Sequence record: NZ_CP014527.1 | Origin: a plasmid | Reading direction: 5' to 3' (one strand) | DNA length: 64,000 nucleotides | Shown: in pieces, positions 26,140 to 38,870 of the stretch | Layout of the letters: each line of letters opens with the position of its first letter | Position numbering within the stretch: the first letter of the stretch is position 1 | Notes under the pieces: model-generated | Seen by the model: the letters and a program-made list of their open reading frames with translations, nothing else | Database searches by the model: none | Told to the model about the DNA's origin: nothing | Program-made: the position numbers and the translations under genes

Positions 26140-27887
26140 GCCAAAGATGAAGCGGATGAAGCCGCATTGGGAGGAACAGCCGTCGGCCGCACAAAGCGCG
26201 CTAGGACTTCGGAACGGGGACCCATCATTTCAACAGTGCCACCTCGCAATACCAACACCTTGTCCACCACTTGGAGGACAGATGGCTTGTGCGTGATAAT
26301 AACCACAGTTTGGCCGGCCTGCTTCATAACCTGAATGGCAGCCATAAGAGCGGCCTCTCCATCATTATCCAAGCTGGCATTGGGTTCATCCATCACGACA
26401 AAAGAAGGATTGTTATACAGGGCGCGGGCCAAGGCAATTCTCTGCCGTTGCCCTCCAGAAAGAGCCATGCCACCGGTCCCGACAGGGGTGTCATACCCCT
26501 CCGGCAGTTTCTGGATCATTTCGTGAACACCCGCACGCGTTGCCGCCTCGATCACACGACCGGAATCAATCTCTCCAAAACGAGCAATATTCTCAGCTAC
26601 AGAGCCATCAAATAATTCAACGTCTTGCGGCAAATACCCCAGATGTGGCCCAAGCGCTTCTTGGTCCCACGTACGAATATCATTGCCATCCAGACGGACT
26701 GTTCCCTGCTGGGCCTGCCACACACCAACCAACACGCGGGCCAATGTTGACTTTCCAGCTGCCGATGGCCCAATCACCCCCAATACATCACCGGGATCAA
26801 GATCAAAGGAGACGCCACGGAGAACCGGCTGGCTTGCCCCCGGTGGCACCACAAATACTCCCTGCAGAGACACCCGGCCATCAGGACGAGGAAGAGCCAT
26901 ACGTTCCTTGTCTTCGGGGGTAGAGCGCAACAAGGTCTGAACACGGTCAAAGGCCGATCTTGCGTTCAGGAACCCTTTCCAGTTGGCTACCGCCAGCTCG
27001 ACGGGCGACAGGGCACGCCCCATAATAATCGAGGCCGCAATCATCATGCCGGGACTGATTTCATTCTGGATAGCCAACCATGCTCCAACGCCTAGGATCG
27101 CAGTCTGCAGCGCAAGACGAAAAGCCTTTGATACAGCAAGAAGAGCCGATGCAGCATCGGATGCACGGGCTTGGCAGGACAAGACACCACGGTGCTTGAC
27201 CAACCAACGATCCAGGAGCGGGCCAAGCATACCCATTGCCTGTAGCACTTCGGCGTTGCGTAACGACCCGGAGACAAAGCGACTAGCCGCAATCGACTGT
27301 GCAGAAGCATCCTTGAGAGGTGTTCTGGTAACCAGATTATTTGCCAGCGCCAACCCAAAAATAACGATGGCACCAACAAGGGCAACCAAGCCAATCATCG
27401 GGTGCATGACAAAGCAAAGCCCAAGAAACAGGGGCACCCAAGGTGCATCACAAAAGGCAAGCAGCCCGGGGCCTGTCAGGAATTCCCGCAAACTGTCAAT
27501 ATCACGCAAGGCCTGAGATTGGCTGCCTTCGGGATGACGCACGGTATGACGGAAAACAGCGGCAAAAACCCTGCGGTTCAGGGCGCGGTCAATTTGCAGA
27601 CCTGTACGAACAAGAACACGTGAGCGAATAGCTTCTAGAACAGCCATCACCACAAGTGCGAAAAGAGCAGCAAGCGTAATCATGACTAAGGTAGGCGTCG
27701 ACCGGCTGCTCAGAACGCGATCATAAACCTGAAGCATATAGATGGGTGAAACAAAGAGAAGCAAATTGATAAAAAAACTGAATCCCGCCGTGGCATAGAA
27801 CCCGCCACGAGCACTTCTCAAGGCCTTATCAAGATCTGTGGCCGGTGCCTTGCCGCCAGAAAAAGGTAACCGCGCTGAAAAATCCAC
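26136..27887 (-). CDS. Type I secretion ABC transporter ATPase/permease (PrtD/AprD/HasD family, no C39 peptidase domain)
   Basis: Walker A 'GPSAAGKST', ABC signature 'LSGGQRQRIALARAL', Walker B 'FVVMDEPNASLD'. N-terminal 6-TM domain beginning 'ALRSARGGFYATAGFSFFINLLLF'. Start probably a GTG near 27887 rather than the ORF-track start 28094. Confidence 0.8.
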   Translation of the reverse strand: MDFSARLPFSGGKAPATDLDKALRSARGGFYATAGFSFFINLLLFVSPIYMLQVYDRVLSSRSTPTLVMITLAALFALVVMAVLEAIRSRVLVRTGLQIDRALNRRVFAAVFRHTVRHPEGSQSQALRDIDSLREFLTGPGLLAFCDAPWVPLFLGLCFVMHPMIGLVALVGAIVIFGLALANNLVTRTPLKDASAQSIAASRFVSGSLRNAEVLQAMGMLGPLLDRWLVKHRGVLSCQARASDAASALLAVSKAFRLALQTAILGVGAWLAIQNEISPGMMIAASIIMGRALSPVELAVANWKGFLNARSAFDRVQTLLRSTPEDKERMALPRPDGRVSLQGVFVVPPGASQPVLRGVSFDLDPGDVLGVIGPSAAGKSTLARVLVGVWQAQQGTVRLDGNDIRTWDQEALGPHLGYLPQDVELFDGSVAENIARFGEIDSGRVIEAATRAGVHEMIQKLPEGYDTPVGTGGMALSGGQRQRIALARALYNNPSFVVMDEPNASLDNDGEAALMAAIQVMKQAGQTVVIITHKPSVLQVVDKVLVLRGGTVEMMGPRSEVLARFVRPTAVPPNAASSASSLA

Positions 27888-28098
27888 AGAACGACACTCC
27901 GCACACCAACAGTTGGAAGGGCGTCTCCCCCTAGGAACGACGCAAAGACGAACGCAACACCTGCCCCCGCCCAACAAAAAAGCGCGGCGTTGTATAAATA
28001 GAAGGCCCAACAATACCGAAAATTGCAAGAGAAAATAGCATGCAGGCATCTTTTGATTGTTATCGTTGCATGCACCTAGGATTAATAGATGCAATCAT

Positions 28099-28983
28099 TC
28101 AGGCATCTTTTGCGACAATATCCGCAAGATATTGCCCATAACTGCTACCCCCAAGCTCACGCGCCAGAAGATTGAGTTGCGCAGAGTCAATATAACCCAT
28201 ACGGAATGCAACTTCTTCCGGACAGGCAACCTTGAAGCCCTGACGTTTATCGATCGTATGAACATAGGAGCTGGCCTCCAACAGACTTTCATGAGTCCCG
28301 GTATCGAACCACGCGTATCCTCTCCCCATGGTTTCAACGGCCAAGGTCCCATCACGCAGATACCACGTATTGATATCTGTTATCTCAAGCTCACCACGTG
28401 GGCTTGGCTTGAGCGTTGAAGCCACATCAATCACCCGGCTGTCATAGAAATAGAGCCCCGTAACAGCCCAGTGAGACTTGGGCTTGGATGGCTTCTCTTC
28501 GATTGAAACAGCTTGGCCATTCCCGTCCATGGTAATCACGCCGTAACGAGACGGATCTGCAACGTGATACGCAAAGACCGTTGCCCCGTGAAGACCATTG
28601 AATGTTCTGTCAACGGCGCGACGCAGCATGTCACCCAGTCCATGACCATGAAAAATGTTATCGCCCAGAATCAGGGCGCAGTTGTTGTCGCCAATAAAAT
28701 CTGCCCCGATCAAGAAGGCTTGCGCCAGCCCACCAGGCTTTTCCTGCTCGGCATACTCTATCGTGATGCCCCACTTCTTTCCATCACCCAGAAGAGCACG
28801 GAACAACCCTGAGTCTCGCGGAGTTGTGATAACTAAGATCTCACGAAGTCCCGCCAGCATCAGTGTGCTGAGCGAATAATAAATCATCGGCTTGTCGTAG
28901 ACAGGCAATGCCTGTTTGGAGACAGCTTTCGTTGCCGGATAGAGTCTGGATCCTGTGCCCCCTGCCAGAATGATCCCTTTCAT
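28099..28983 (-). CDS. rfbA: Glucose-1-phosphate thymidylyltransferase
   Basis: '[55 protein letters not shown]' is collinear with RmlA/RfbA. Confidence 0.9.
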   Translation of the reverse strand: MKGIILAGGTGSRLYPATKAVSKQALPVYDKPMIYYSLSTLMLAGLREILVITTPRDSGLFRALLGDGKKWGITIEYAEQEKPGGLAQAFLIGADFIGDNNCALILGDNIFHGHGLGDMLRRAVDRTFNGLHGATVFAYHVADPSRYGVITMDGNGQAVSIEEKPSKPKSHWAVTGLYFYDSRVIDVASTLKPSPRGELEITDINTWYLRDGTLAVETMGRGYAWFDTGTHESLLEASSYVHTIDKRQGFKVACPEEVAFRMGYIDSAQLNLLARELGGSSYGQYLADIVAKDA

Positions 28984-30545
28984 GATTCCCCCCGCGCCAC
29001 ACCATCCAGGTCGTTCTGCATCCACCGCATCAACCCGACAAGGAAAAGAAACAGTACACACGAAAACGGCAGGGCCGCCAAAACAACCGTCGCCTGCATA
29101 GCCACGAAATCACCGGCAAATAACAAACCCAAAGCTACCAATGTTACGACCAAAGACCAAAACAGACGAAGCCACATCGAAGCATCACGCCCTATTTGTC
29201 CACCCAAACGGGACAAGTCTGCCAACATGATGGCACCTGATTCGGCTGGTGTCAGAAAAAGGACAAAGCATGTAACAACAGCAAAGAAAACCATGGGCCC
29301 CGCAAAAGGATAATGCTGCAGAAAAACATACAAGGACATATCCGCCTGTTTTAGTGCAACAGAAGCCAGCTCATCAGCACCACCCACAACAAGATCCAAA
29401 GCCATGTTGCCGAGGACAGCATGAAAAGCAAAAGTACAAATCAGCGGAATGGACAGCACCCCCAGCACAACCTCACGAACCGTACGCCCCCTTGAAATAC
29501 GGGCAATAAACAAGCCGACAAAAGGAGTCCACGACATCCACCAGGCCCAGAAGAAAACCGTCCAGCGGCCAACCCATCCGTCATCCCCGTACCCTTCTAC
29601 AGGCGCTGCATAAGCATACAGATCAAACGTCTTGAGGAGGAGACCATCCAGATAATCACCCATATTTTGGACAAACCGCCCCAGAATCATAGCCACATCA
29701 CCGTGCAGAAGCACAAGACCAAGTAAGGCAAGAAACAGGACAACATTAAGGTTGGAAACCCGCGAGATACCCCTTCGCACGCCAACCACAGCAATAAAAG
29801 CTGCACAGCCACTCATAAGAAGAATGATGGCCGTCAACATAGTCCGGGAAGGATCCATCCCCAAAAGATAGCCAGATCCAGATGCAACTAACATCGCGCC
29901 AATAATCAGGTTGGTAACCAGACCCGGGATTGTGACTAGGATACCAAAAGCATCCAGCAAATGACCACCCCAGCCATTGGCGCGGGCCTCCCCAAGCATA
30001 GGGATCAAGGCCGTGCGCAAAGCCAGCGGGTAACGGTGACGCCAGACACCATAACCAACAGCAATACCAACCAGCGCATACATGGCCCAGCCATGCAGAC
30101 CCCAGTGCAGAAACGTCAGCTGCATGGCCTGTCGCGCAGCCTGTGGCGTTGATGGCATACCCTCGGGTGGTCTGAGGAAATGGTCAACAGGCTCGGAAAC
30201 GGCAAAGTAGAGTAGCGACACACCAATCCCTGATGAAAACAACATACCCGACCATGATAGAAAACCGAACTCGGGATCTTCGCCATCACGCCCTAGGCGA
30301 AGCCCCGCGAACCGGGAGCAGGCCAACCAGAGAACAAAGAAAAGGCACGTCGCTGTAACCAACATGTAATACCAGCCGAAGGTCTGACAGACCCAAAGGC
30401 GGATTTCCTCCATCAAAAGGCCAGAGCGCTCCGGGAACAACAGGAGGAAGAGAACAAAAACACCTGTCAGAACCGAAGCACCACCAAATACAGGTATATT
30501 GACACGGGTCGTCAGACGCGCTTCAGCGGGAAAGACACCGCTCAT
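28980..30545 (-). CDS. betT: BCCT-family transporter (choline/betaine transporter, BetT-like)
   Basis: BCCT signature '[31 protein letters not shown]'. N-terminal '[25 protein letters not shown]' collinear with E. coli BetT. Lacks the long BetT C-terminal tail. Confidence 0.8.
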   Translation of the reverse strand: MSGVFPAEARLTTRVNIPVFGGASVLTGVFVLFLLLFPERSGLLMEEIRLWVCQTFGWYYMLVTATCLFFVLWLACSRFAGLRLGRDGEDPEFGFLSWSGMLFSSGIGVSLLYFAVSEPVDHFLRPPEGMPSTPQAARQAMQLTFLHWGLHGWAMYALVGIAVGYGVWRHRYPLALRTALIPMLGEARANGWGGHLLDAFGILVTIPGLVTNLIIGAMLVASGSGYLLGMDPSRTMLTAIILLMSGCAAFIAVVGVRRGISRVSNLNVVLFLALLGLVLLHGDVAMILGRFVQNMGDYLDGLLLKTFDLYAYAAPVEGYGDDGWVGRWTVFFWAWWMSWTPFVGLFIARISRGRTVREVVLGVLSIPLICTFAFHAVLGNMALDLVVGGADELASVALKQADMSLYVFLQHYPFAGPMVFFAVVTCFVLFLTPAESGAIMLADLSRLGGQIGRDASMWLRLFWSLVVTLVALGLLFAGDFVAMQATVVLAALPFSCVLFLFLVGLMRWMQNDLDGVARGES

Positions 30546-30673
30546 CAAGTCCGTTCCCTCTTTTGCTGGCCCCGAAAGCAGGTACAACGACCCACACAAA
30601 ATTACGATTTATAGTTGTCAACGCTAATTGCGTTCTCGTAAATAATCAAGGACCTCCTTGGCTGGACATCTCG

Positions 30674-32176
30674 ATGACTGCCCTTAAACGCCACAACACG
30701 CCATCTGCTTTCCGCTTCGGAGAACAAGGCCTCTATATCAGCGGACGCAACTGCATAGAAGGGTCGGGACAACGGATCATCACGACATGCCCGGCTGATG
30801 GTGAACAGCTCTCTCTGGTTCATTGCGCTGACCGCCCTGACGTAGACCGAGCGGTACAATCCGCTGTGGAAGGGCAAAAGGTATGGGCTGAGAAGAGCAC
30901 AGCAGAGCGAACCCGTGTCCTGATGCGTGCAGCCAGCATTCTGCGTGACCGGAACGATGAGCTGGCCCTGATCGAGGCACTTGACACAGGACGCCCCCTC
31001 TCGGAAACGCGCTCGGTTGACATTACAAGCGGTGCTGAGGTTCTGGAGTACTATGCTGGGCTGATCCCCACCCTAGAAGGTTCCCAGATCCCCCTGCGAC
31101 GGGACAGTTTTGTCTATACACGACGGGAACCCTTGGGCGTCATTGCCGGCATTGGGGCATGGAATTACCCGCTCCAGATTGCCGTGTGGAAATCAGCACC
31201 AGCCTTGGCCGCAGGCAATGCCATGGTATTCAAGCCCAGCGAGCTGACACCGCTTGGTGCCCTTCAGCTTGCCACCATCTATACCGAAGCCGGCCTTCCC
31301 GATGGCGTCTTCAATGTCGCGAATGGAGCAGGACAAGATGTGGGGCAGTGGCTGGTGGAACATCCTGCCGTTGCCAAGGTATCCTTTACGGGCGGAACCC
31401 GGACCGGGCGGACTGTTATGGCTGCGGCTGCCGCAACCCTGAAAGACATCACCATGGAACTGGGCGGTAAATCGCCCTTGATTATTGCCTCCGATGCAGA
31501 CCCTGATCTGGCAGCCGCCATTGCTGTGACCGCAAATTTCTTCAGCAGCGGACAAGTCTGCACAAACGGAACCCGTGTATTTGTCCCTCGCTGCCTCAAG
31601 CAAGAAATTGAACACCGAATCCTTGACCGTATCCGGTCCATACGCCCCGGGCACCCACTGGCACCGGACGTAAACTTTGGCTCCATGATCAGCTTGAAGC
31701 ACATGGAGAAAGTTCTGGAGTTGATCGACAAGGGGCAAGGAGAGGGGGCACGACTCCTGTGTGGGGGCAACCGCATGACAACCCCTCCCTTCGACCGTGG
31801 CTTTTTTGTCGAACCAACCGTTTTCACGGATGTTGAGGATACAATGACCATAGCCCAAGAGGAAATCTTTGGCCCGGTCATGAGCATTCTGACCTACGAC
31901 ACCGAAGAGGAGGTGATAGGTCGCGCGAATGCAACGCCCTATGGTCTTGCTGCCGGTGTCTTGACACCAAATCTTGCACGTGCCCACCGCATGACCCATG
32001 CTCTGGAAGCCGGTATTTGCTGGATCAATACGTGGGGAGAATCCCCGGCAGCTATGCCCGCAGGTGGTTTCCATCAATCCGGCATTGGCTTCGAAAATGG
32101 ACTTGAAACACTGCTGCGGCACACACGTATCAAATCGATTCAGGTTGAGATGGGGCGCTTCAACCCGGCTTTCTGA
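30674..32176 (+). CDS. betB: Betaine-aldehyde dehydrogenase (aldehyde dehydrogenase superfamily)
   Basis: ALDH family with catalytic Cys context '[15 protein letters not shown]' and 'ELGGKSP'. Adjacent to betA. Start taken at internal Met (MTALKRHN). Confidence 0.8.
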   Translation: MTALKRHNTPSAFRFGEQGLYISGRNCIEGSGQRIITTCPADGEQLSLVHCADRPDVDRAVQSAVEGQKVWAEKSTAERTRVLMRAASILRDRNDELALIEALDTGRPLSETRSVDITSGAEVLEYYAGLIPTLEGSQIPLRRDSFVYTRREPLGVIAGIGAWNYPLQIAVWKSAPALAAGNAMVFKPSELTPLGALQLATIYTEAGLPDGVFNVANGAGQDVGQWLVEHPAVAKVSFTGGTRTGRTVMAAAAATLKDITMELGGKSPLIIASDADPDLAAAIAVTANFFSSGQVCTNGTRVFVPRCLKQEIEHRILDRIRSIRPGHPLAPDVNFGSMISLKHMEKVLELIDKGQGEGARLLCGGNRMTTPPFDRGFFVEPTVFTDVEDTMTIAQEEIFGPVMSILTYDTEEEVIGRANATPYGLAAGVLTPNLARAHRMTHALEAGICWINTWGESPAAMPAGGFHQSGIGFENGLETLLRHTRIKSIQVEMGRFNPAF

Positions 32177-32206
32177 AGTACGGTAATCATGCGGGGAAGG
32201 GGACAC

Positions 32207-33952
32207 ATGCTCGACGAGGTTGACGACATCATTATTGGCGCTGGTTCCGCCGGTGCCGTACTGGCAGCTCGCCTCAGCGAGGACTGCAACCGTCAGGTTC
32301 TTTTGGTTGAGGCAGGAGGACCAGACTGGCGCATGGACATCCGGACTCAGATGCCGGCAGCACTGGCGTGGCCCTTGCAGGGAGACCGCTACAACTGGGG
32401 CTATAGAACCGACCCGGAGCCATACATGGACGGCCGCCGCATGGATTGCAGTCGCGGCAAGGGCTTGGGGGGGTCATCCCTGATCAATGGTATGTGTTAT
32501 ATCCGCGGTAATCCAATGGATTTCAATACTTGGGCCAGCCAACCGGGACTTGCTGACTGGTCATACCAACACTGTCTGCCGTATTTTCGCAAGTCCGAGA
32601 CCCGCGATACAGGCGCCAATGACTACCACGGTGACACAGGCCCCCTGCATGTCACCACGCCCAAGCCTGACAACAATCCCCTGTTCGCCGCCATGGTAGA
32701 AGCTGCCGTACAGGCAGGGTATCCACGAACAGATGATCTGAACGGGTATCAGCAGGAAGGTTTCGGCCCAATGGACCGGACCGTCACCGCTCATGGCCGA
32801 CGCTGCAGCACATCCCGGGGGTGGCTGGATCAAGCACGCCATCGCCGGAACCTCCGCATCATGGCCGGAACGCTGGTCGACCGCATCCTGTTTTCCGATC
32901 AACGAGCTGTAGGCATTCAGCTGTTACACAAGACAAACCCCGCTCCCGTTACCATAAGGGCCCGTCGTGAAATTGTTGTGTGTGCAGGCGCCATTGGCTC
33001 CCCCCAGATCCTGCAGCGATCAGGTGTCGGCTCCTCTTCCCTGCTTGGTTCCATCGGCATCCCGGTTGTGGAGGACCTTCCCGGCGTGGGTGAGAACCTT
33101 CAGGACCATCTTGAGATATACATGCAATACAGCTGCACCCAACCCATCTCCCTGTACCCGGCCCTGCAATGGCGAAACTGGCCAAGCATCGGTGCGCGCT
33201 GGCTTTTCATGGGAGACGGGATTGGCGCAAGCAACCACTTTGAAGCCGGTGGATTCATACGCTCCGGTACCAAATTCCTGTGGCCAAACATACAGTACCA
33301 CTTTCTGCCCCTAGCTATCCGCTATGATGGCCGCAGTGCATTCAAGGCACACGGATTTCAGGCCCATGTCGGCTCCATGCGCTCTCCCAGCCGGGGCAGG
33401 GTATACATTACGTCCAAGGATCCAGCCGCACCACCCGGCATTGTTTTCAGCTACATGAGTTCAAGACAGGATTGGGAAGAGTTCCGCGACGCTATACGGA
33501 TTACCCGCCATATCATAAGCCAGCCGGCCCTTGATTTCTGCCGGGGCGAAGAAATAAGCCCCGGACCCGACGTTGACAACGACCGCTCCATGGATGATTT
33601 CGTGCGCAGAAATGCCGAAACAGCTTATCATCCGTGTGGGACCTGCCGTATGGGCAACGATGATCTCGCCGTGGTGGACGGGCAGGGCAGGGTGCATGGT
33701 CTGCAGGGCCTGCGGGTTGTCGATGCATCGATCATGCCACAGATCATCACCGGTAACCTGAACGCAACCACCATCATGATGGCGGAAAAGATCGCCGACA
33801 GCATGCGGGGAAGAACAGCTTTGCCCGCAAGCAAGGCCACATTCCACACCTGTCCCGAACTCAGAAAGGCAATGGATGGATCTGTAAAGTCCAGCGCTCC
33901 AGAGCCCGCCGGAACCGCTCAAACATCACATCCAAGTCATCCGGGGATATAA
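32207..33952 (+). CDS. betA: Choline dehydrogenase (GMC oxidoreductase)
   Basis: N-terminal FAD fold '[20 protein letters not shown]'. GMC signatures '[18 protein letters not shown]' and C-terminal '[10 protein letters not shown]'. Has an unusual ~35-aa C-terminal extension. Confidence 0.85.
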   Translation: MLDEVDDIIIGAGSAGAVLAARLSEDCNRQVLLVEAGGPDWRMDIRTQMPAALAWPLQGDRYNWGYRTDPEPYMDGRRMDCSRGKGLGGSSLINGMCYIRGNPMDFNTWASQPGLADWSYQHCLPYFRKSETRDTGANDYHGDTGPLHVTTPKPDNNPLFAAMVEAAVQAGYPRTDDLNGYQQEGFGPMDRTVTAHGRRCSTSRGWLDQARHRRNLRIMAGTLVDRILFSDQRAVGIQLLHKTNPAPVTIRARREIVVCAGAIGSPQILQRSGVGSSSLLGSIGIPVVEDLPGVGENLQDHLEIYMQYSCTQPISLYPALQWRNWPSIGARWLFMGDGIGASNHFEAGGFIRSGTKFLWPNIQYHFLPLAIRYDGRSAFKAHGFQAHVGSMRSPSRGRVYITSKDPAAPPGIVFSYMSSRQDWEEFRDAIRITRHIISQPALDFCRGEEISPGPDVDNDRSMDDFVRRNAETAYHPCGTCRMGNDDLAVVDGQGRVHGLQGLRVVDASIMPQIITGNLNATTIMMAEKIADSMRGRTALPASKATFHTCPELRKAMDGSVKSSAPEPAGTAQTSHPSHPGI

Positions 33953-35237
33953 CCAGCGGCGGACAGAATGCAACGATATCACCCGCCAAAGCGCGCAGGA
34001 TCAACCCTTCCTCCTGACACGCATCAACCAGAGAGGCTGCCATCGCACGGGCGGGATCGAAAGGTGTGCGAGTTTCCTTGTCCGCAACCAGCTCAAGGGC
34101 ACCAATCAAACCAATGCCCCGGACGTTACCAATCAGGGGATGATCCGAGAAGGCGTGCAGATGGGCAAGAAAACGGCCTGAAAGAGAGCCAACACGCTCA
34201 AAAATACCGTCCTGCTCATAGATATCCAGTGCCTCAAGCGCAACGGCTGCTGCAACGGGGTGCCCCGAATATGTGAAACCGTGGCCAAAGGTGCCAATCT
34301 CTCCGGCACCGCGCTGCAGTGGCTCCCAAACTTTCTGGCTGACCATAACGGCCGCTATAGGCATCCACGCCGCCGACAACGCCTTGGCCGAGGTAATGAT
34401 GTCGGGCTTCAGATCAAAAGTTTGGCTGCCCCACGGGTTCCCGGTACGACCAAAACCACAGATAACCTCGTCAGCCACCAGCAAGATATCGTACTTGTCG
34501 AGAACAGCTTGAATTCTGGGGAAGTACCCAGCCGGCGGAATAATAACGCCGCCGGCTCCCATCACAGGCTCCGCAAAGAAGGCAGCAATGGTATCCGGCC
34601 CTTCAGACTGGATCATCTGCTCCAGCTCCATCGCCAGCCGCTCGACAAACCGGCCTTCATCCTCGTTAGCGGAAGCCTGGCGGTAAAAGTGCGGGCACGT
34701 GGCATGCAAAACACCGGGCATGGGCAGGTCAAAAGCCCGGTGATTGGCGGGCAAACCGGTCAGACTGGCGGATGCCAGCGTCACACCATGATAGGCGCGA
34801 TGGCGGGATATAATCTTCTTCTTGTGCGGACGCCCCATGACATGGTTGATGTAGCGAACAATCTTGACAACCGTATCGTTGGCCTCGGAGCCAGAATTGG
34901 CAAAGAAAACCCGCGCCATCGGCACCGGGGCCATGGCAACCAGGCGTTCAGCAAGCCGGATCCCCGGAGGATGGGACTTGGAGGCAAATTGATGGAAGAA
35001 GGGCAGGGTATCCATTTGGCGCACAGCTGCATCACGAAGCCGGGGCTGGGTAAACCCCAATGAGGCGCACCATAACCCCGACATTCCTTCAATATATTCC
35101 TTCCCCATCTCGTCAAACACGCGGACACCCTCGCCACGGACAATGACAAAGGGCCCCTTCTTTTCATGTGCAACCAGATTTGTATAGGGGTGCAGAACGT
35201 GACGCAGATCCGCATCACGCAAGGTATTGGAAATCAT
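33861..35237 (-). CDS. Class III (omega) aminotransferase, PLP-dependent
   Basis: 458 aa. '[15 protein letters not shown]' PLP-lysine region and overall class-III collinearity. 92-nt convergent overlap with the betA 3' end. Confidence 0.8.
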   Translation of the reverse strand: MISNTLRDADLRHVLHPYTNLVAHEKKGPFVIVRGEGVRVFDEMGKEYIEGMSGLWCASLGFTQPRLRDAAVRQMDTLPFFHQFASKSHPPGIRLAERLVAMAPVPMARVFFANSGSEANDTVVKIVRYINHVMGRPHKKKIISRHRAYHGVTLASASLTGLPANHRAFDLPMPGVLHATCPHFYRQASANEDEGRFVERLAMELEQMIQSEGPDTIAAFFAEPVMGAGGVIIPPAGYFPRIQAVLDKYDILLVADEVICGFGRTGNPWGSQTFDLKPDIITSAKALSAAWMPIAAVMVSQKVWEPLQRGAGEIGTFGHGFTYSGHPVAAAVALEALDIYEQDGIFERVGSLSGRFLAHLHAFSDHPLIGNVRGIGLIGALELVADKETRTPFDPARAMAASLVDACQEEGLILRALAGDIVAFCPPLVISPDDLDVMFERFRRALERWTLQIHPLPF

Positions 35238-35248
35238 GGCAGGCCCCC

Positions 35249-36718
35249 CTATCCCTGTAAGCCACCAAGGCAGAGGTACTTGATCTCCATGAATTCATCC
35301 AGACCATAACGTGATCCCTCACGCCCGATACCAGACTCCTTCATGCCGCCAAAAGGTGCCACTTCGGTCGAGACAATCCCCTCGTTGATACCAATGATAC
35401 CGTACTCCAGAGCTTCGGACACACGCCAGATGCGCCCGATATCGCGAGTATAAAAATAGGCTGCAAGCCCAAAGGGCGTATCATTGGCTATACGAATGGC
35501 CTCCACCTCGTCCCGGAACCGGATCAGGGGGGCAACAGGCCCGAAAATCTCCTCGGATACAGCACGCATGGAAGGCTGGACATCACCCAGAACAGTAGGC
35601 TCGAAGAATGTCCCTCCCAAGGCATGGCGCGCACCACCAACAAGAACGCGGGCCCCTTGGGCCTTGGCTTCATTGACCAAGCCTTCAACCTTATGCAGGG
35701 CTTCCATCGTAATCAGAGGCCCTTGGGATACTCCCTCTGCCGTACCGGGTCCAACACGCAAACCCGCAACAGCCTTTGCAAAGCGTTCCGCGAAAGCTGG
35801 ATAGATCCCCTCCTGAACCAGGAAGCGGTTGGCACACACACAGGTTTGGCCTGTATTACGATACTTTGATGCCAAGGCACCTGCGACAGCCGCATCCAGA
35901 TCTGCATCATCAAACACAATGAACGGGGCATTCCCACCCAGCTCCAGCGATACCTTCTTCACCGTCTCTGCACACTGCTGCATCAGGATCTTTCCAACCC
36001 TGGTCGAACCAGTAAAAGACAGCTTTCGTACGCGAGGATCGCGGGTCAGCACGGCCCCGATCTCGGCACTGCATGAAGAGGGGAGAACATTCAGGACGCC
36101 GGGGGGAAAACCAGCTTGCTCAGCCAGCGCAGCCAACGCCAGTGCCGAAAGGGGTGTCTCACCGGCAGGCTTGATCACCACAGAACATCCGGCTGCCAAG
36201 GCTGGCGCACATTTACGGGTTATCATCGCAGCTGGAAAATTCCACGGTGTAATGGCGGCCACAACACCAACCGGTTCCTTTAGAACAAGAAGACGCCGAT
36301 CACGCAATGGGGAGGGAATAACATCGCCATAGGCCCGGCGCGCTTCCTCTGCAAACCATTGGACAAAACTGGCGGCATAGGTCACCTCACCCCGCGCCTC
36401 GGCCAAAGGCTTTCCCTGCTCTGCTGTCATCAACAGAGCCAAATCGTCCCGGGAACGGGTGATCAGCTCAAACCATAACCGCAACACGGCGGCACGCTCG
36501 GCAGCCGGATGCTGCTTCCAGGCCTCCTGCGCATCTTGGGCAGCGGTAATGGCGTCAAGCGCATCCCGAGCCCCCATATCCGCGACTTCAACCAGAACAG
36601 ACTGATCTGCCGGATCAACAACAGGGAACACACGGCCACTGATCGAAGGCTTCCAGGCACCACCAACAAAGCCATCACGGCGAAGCAGGCCTGGATTATG
36701 AAGAACTGGCACCGCCAT
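35249..36718 (-). CDS. gabD: NAD(P)-dependent succinate-semialdehyde dehydrogenase-like aldehyde dehydrogenase
   Basis: ALDH superfamily with 'LELGGNAPFIVFDDADLD' and catalytic Cys 'GQTCVCANRFLV'. Adjacent to a class-III transaminase, the gabT-gabD-like arrangement. Confidence 0.75.
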   Translation of the reverse strand: MAVPVLHNPGLLRRDGFVGGAWKPSISGRVFPVVDPADQSVLVEVADMGARDALDAITAAQDAQEAWKQHPAAERAAVLRLWFELITRSRDDLALLMTAEQGKPLAEARGEVTYAASFVQWFAEEARRAYGDVIPSPLRDRRLLVLKEPVGVVAAITPWNFPAAMITRKCAPALAAGCSVVIKPAGETPLSALALAALAEQAGFPPGVLNVLPSSCSAEIGAVLTRDPRVRKLSFTGSTRVGKILMQQCAETVKKVSLELGGNAPFIVFDDADLDAAVAGALASKYRNTGQTCVCANRFLVQEGIYPAFAERFAKAVAGLRVGPGTAEGVSQGPLITMEALHKVEGLVNEAKAQGARVLVGGARHALGGTFFEPTVLGDVQPSMRAVSEEIFGPVAPLIRFRDEVEAIRIANDTPFGLAAYFYTRDIGRIWRVSEALEYGIIGINEGIVSTEVAPFGGMKESGIGREGSRYGLDEFMEIKYLCLGGLQG

Positions 36719-36771
36719 GCGCTTTCTCGTCTACCGGAACAAATACTGCCCACACGAGGCACCGGGATTGG

Positions 36772-37734
36772 TTATACATCCAGAGAATGACGGAACCAGT
36801 CTATGGTCTCACGCAACCCATCCTCAAGAGATACCGTAGGTTCCCACCCCAAAATGTTGCGCGCCCGCGTAATATCAGGCTGACGGCGCGCAGGATCATC
36901 AGGGGGCAGGGGACGAGAAACCAAGCGCGAATGGGAACCGGTAAGCTGTAAAATACGCTCTGCCAGCTCAGCGACACTGATTTCTGATGGATTACCCAAA
37001 TTGAAGGGGCCCGTAACATCCACCGGCATTTCCATCATTCTCATAAAAGCCGTTATCATATCAGAGACGTAACAAAAGCTGCGGGTTTGCGATCCATCAC
37101 CAAACAGCGTCAGATCATCTCCCCGCAAGGCCTGAACAATAAAATTGGACACAACTCGACCATCATCCAGACACATACCCGGACCATACGTATTGAAAAT
37201 ACGCCCAACTTTTATGGGAAGGTTGTGCTGACGAAAGTAGTCAAAGAACAAGGTCTCTGCACAGCGCTTTCCCTCGTCATAGCAAGACCGGACGCCGGTT
37301 GGATTGACATGCCCCCAATACATTTCATCCTGGGGATGCTGCCGGGGATCACCATAGACTTCAGATGTTGAGGCCTGAAAAACACGGGCACCCGACTGGC
37401 GCGCCAGCTCCAGCATGTTCATTGCCCCCAGCACACAGGTCTTGATCGTGCGCACAGGATCGCGCTGGTAATGAACAGGCGAAGCAGGGCATGCAAGATT
37501 GTAGATCTCGTCAACATCAACAGATAGAGGCAACGTAATGTCATGGTGCATAACTGTGAAATGCGGATCACCTAGAAGATGATCAACAGCGGGGCGATGC
37601 CCGGTCAGAAAACTGTCCACACACAAAACCTCGTAGCCTTGTCGCAACAACTGTGTACACAGATGTACCCCTAGAAATCCGGCTCCTCCGGTTACCAGAA
37701 CCCGTTTTACTCCGACACGACGGATCACTCGCAT
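36772..37734 (-). CDS. UDP-glucuronate decarboxylase (UXS-type NAD-dependent epimerase/dehydratase)
   Basis: '[30 protein letters not shown]' Rossmann motif. YxxxK within 'SCYDEGKR'. UXS-like collinearity. Confidence 0.8.
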   Translation of the reverse strand: MRVIRRVGVKRVLVTGGAGFLGVHLCTQLLRQGYEVLCVDSFLTGHRPAVDHLLGDPHFTVMHHDITLPLSVDVDEIYNLACPASPVHYQRDPVRTIKTCVLGAMNMLELARQSGARVFQASTSEVYGDPRQHPQDEMYWGHVNPTGVRSCYDEGKRCAETLFFDYFRQHNLPIKVGRIFNTYGPGMCLDDGRVVSNFIVQALRGDDLTLFGDGSQTRSFCYVSDMITAFMRMMEMPVDVTGPFNLGNPSEISVAELAERILQLTGSHSRLVSRPLPPDDPARRQPDITRARNILGWEPTVSLEDGLRETIDWFRHSLDV

Positions 37735-37900
37735 CTTTCCTTTTTTACCAGCATAACAACACAATCATAGTAACGCGAATAGACCAGTTAGTCTCTATCA
37801 TAGATCATACAGTTTGTCGTTCTTTGCAACCAGGTAACTCGTGTAGAATGTTGATACGGTACATCACCATCACCCCACCGCTTTTGCCGGAACCACCATC

Positions 37901-38725
37901 ATGCACCAATCCCTGATCCCGCTCAGCGTCGAGAACCACAAAAACTTGGGACTGATTACAAACAGAGGGTGGTCCTTTGCGTCCAGCAGCCCGATCCTGA
38001 CCATTGTCAGCGCCGAGGTACACCGCTGCGCCGCCTTTTTTCCTGTGGCCATTATGCAAATCTCGGCCAAGGATGCGCCCGAAGACCAACAAGAATTTGA
38101 ACTGGTGAGCATTCATTCCGTATCAGCAGGAGAGAACTGGTTTGTCGCCCCGGATGGGCGGTGGCTGGCTGGCTATGTCCCCGCGGTCTTGCGCGCCGTA
38201 CCCTTCCGGTTGATGCGCGCCCCGGATGCACAGGACCAGTTGGTTTTATGCATTGACGAGAACAGCCCGCTTCTGACGGACACCACTAAAGATCCCAAGG
38301 CTCGCCCTCTGTTCGAGAAAGACGGCAGCCTATCTGCTGACATGAAGACACGCCTTGACTTCCTGACAGCGGTTGCTAACGATCACGGCAACACACGGGC
38401 CAAGTTATCCGCCATTTCCAAAGCCGGACTCCTCAAGCCATGGAGTCTTACAATCAATAAAAATAACAAACCCCTACACATGAAGAACCTGTATCAGGTT
38501 GATGCAGAGGCCCTTGATGCCCTGTCAGATGAAGCATTCCTTGGTCTGCGCAGGGTTGGTGCACTACCCCTGATCTACAACCATCTGGCCAGTCTGGCGC
38601 AAACCGAGAACCTGCAACGCGCCGCGACTATTCAGGACCAGATGACACACCAGCAAGACAAAAAGCCAAAACTGGAAGACATGCTGGACATGGGACAGAA
38701 CCAAGATATCGAACTGAAGTTCTGA
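37901..38725 (+). CDS. SapC-family protein
   Basis: 274 aa. N-terminal 'LIPLSVENHKNLGL...FAS...VPIL' and 'FFPVAIM' segments resemble SapC-family proteins. Assignment from memory, moderate. Confidence 0.45.
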   Translation: MHQSLIPLSVENHKNLGLITNRGWSFASSSPILTIVSAEVHRCAAFFPVAIMQISAKDAPEDQQEFELVSIHSVSAGENWFVAPDGRWLAGYVPAVLRAVPFRLMRAPDAQDQLVLCIDENSPLLTDTTKDPKARPLFEKDGSLSADMKTRLDFLTAVANDHGNTRAKLSAISKAGLLKPWSLTINKNNKPLHMKNLYQVDAEALDALSDEAFLGLRRVGALPLIYNHLASLAQTENLQRAATIQDQMTHQQDKKPKLEDMLDMGQNQDIELKF

Positions 38726-38870
38726 GAAAGAGTCAGGGGAGACTTCTTGCTCGATATGACAAGCCTTACCCCTGCTCCATGCAGACAAGTTAGATTCTGC
38801 CAATCACACAGGAACGGATGTAAGCGTACCGGAGCCAAACCAAGGTGTCTGGCTCCGGATAACAGCGGCC

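Noticed and set aside
31193-32206. 337-aa minus-strand ORF opposite betB
   Set aside because: Antisense to aldehyde dehydrogenase with clear catalytic motifs.
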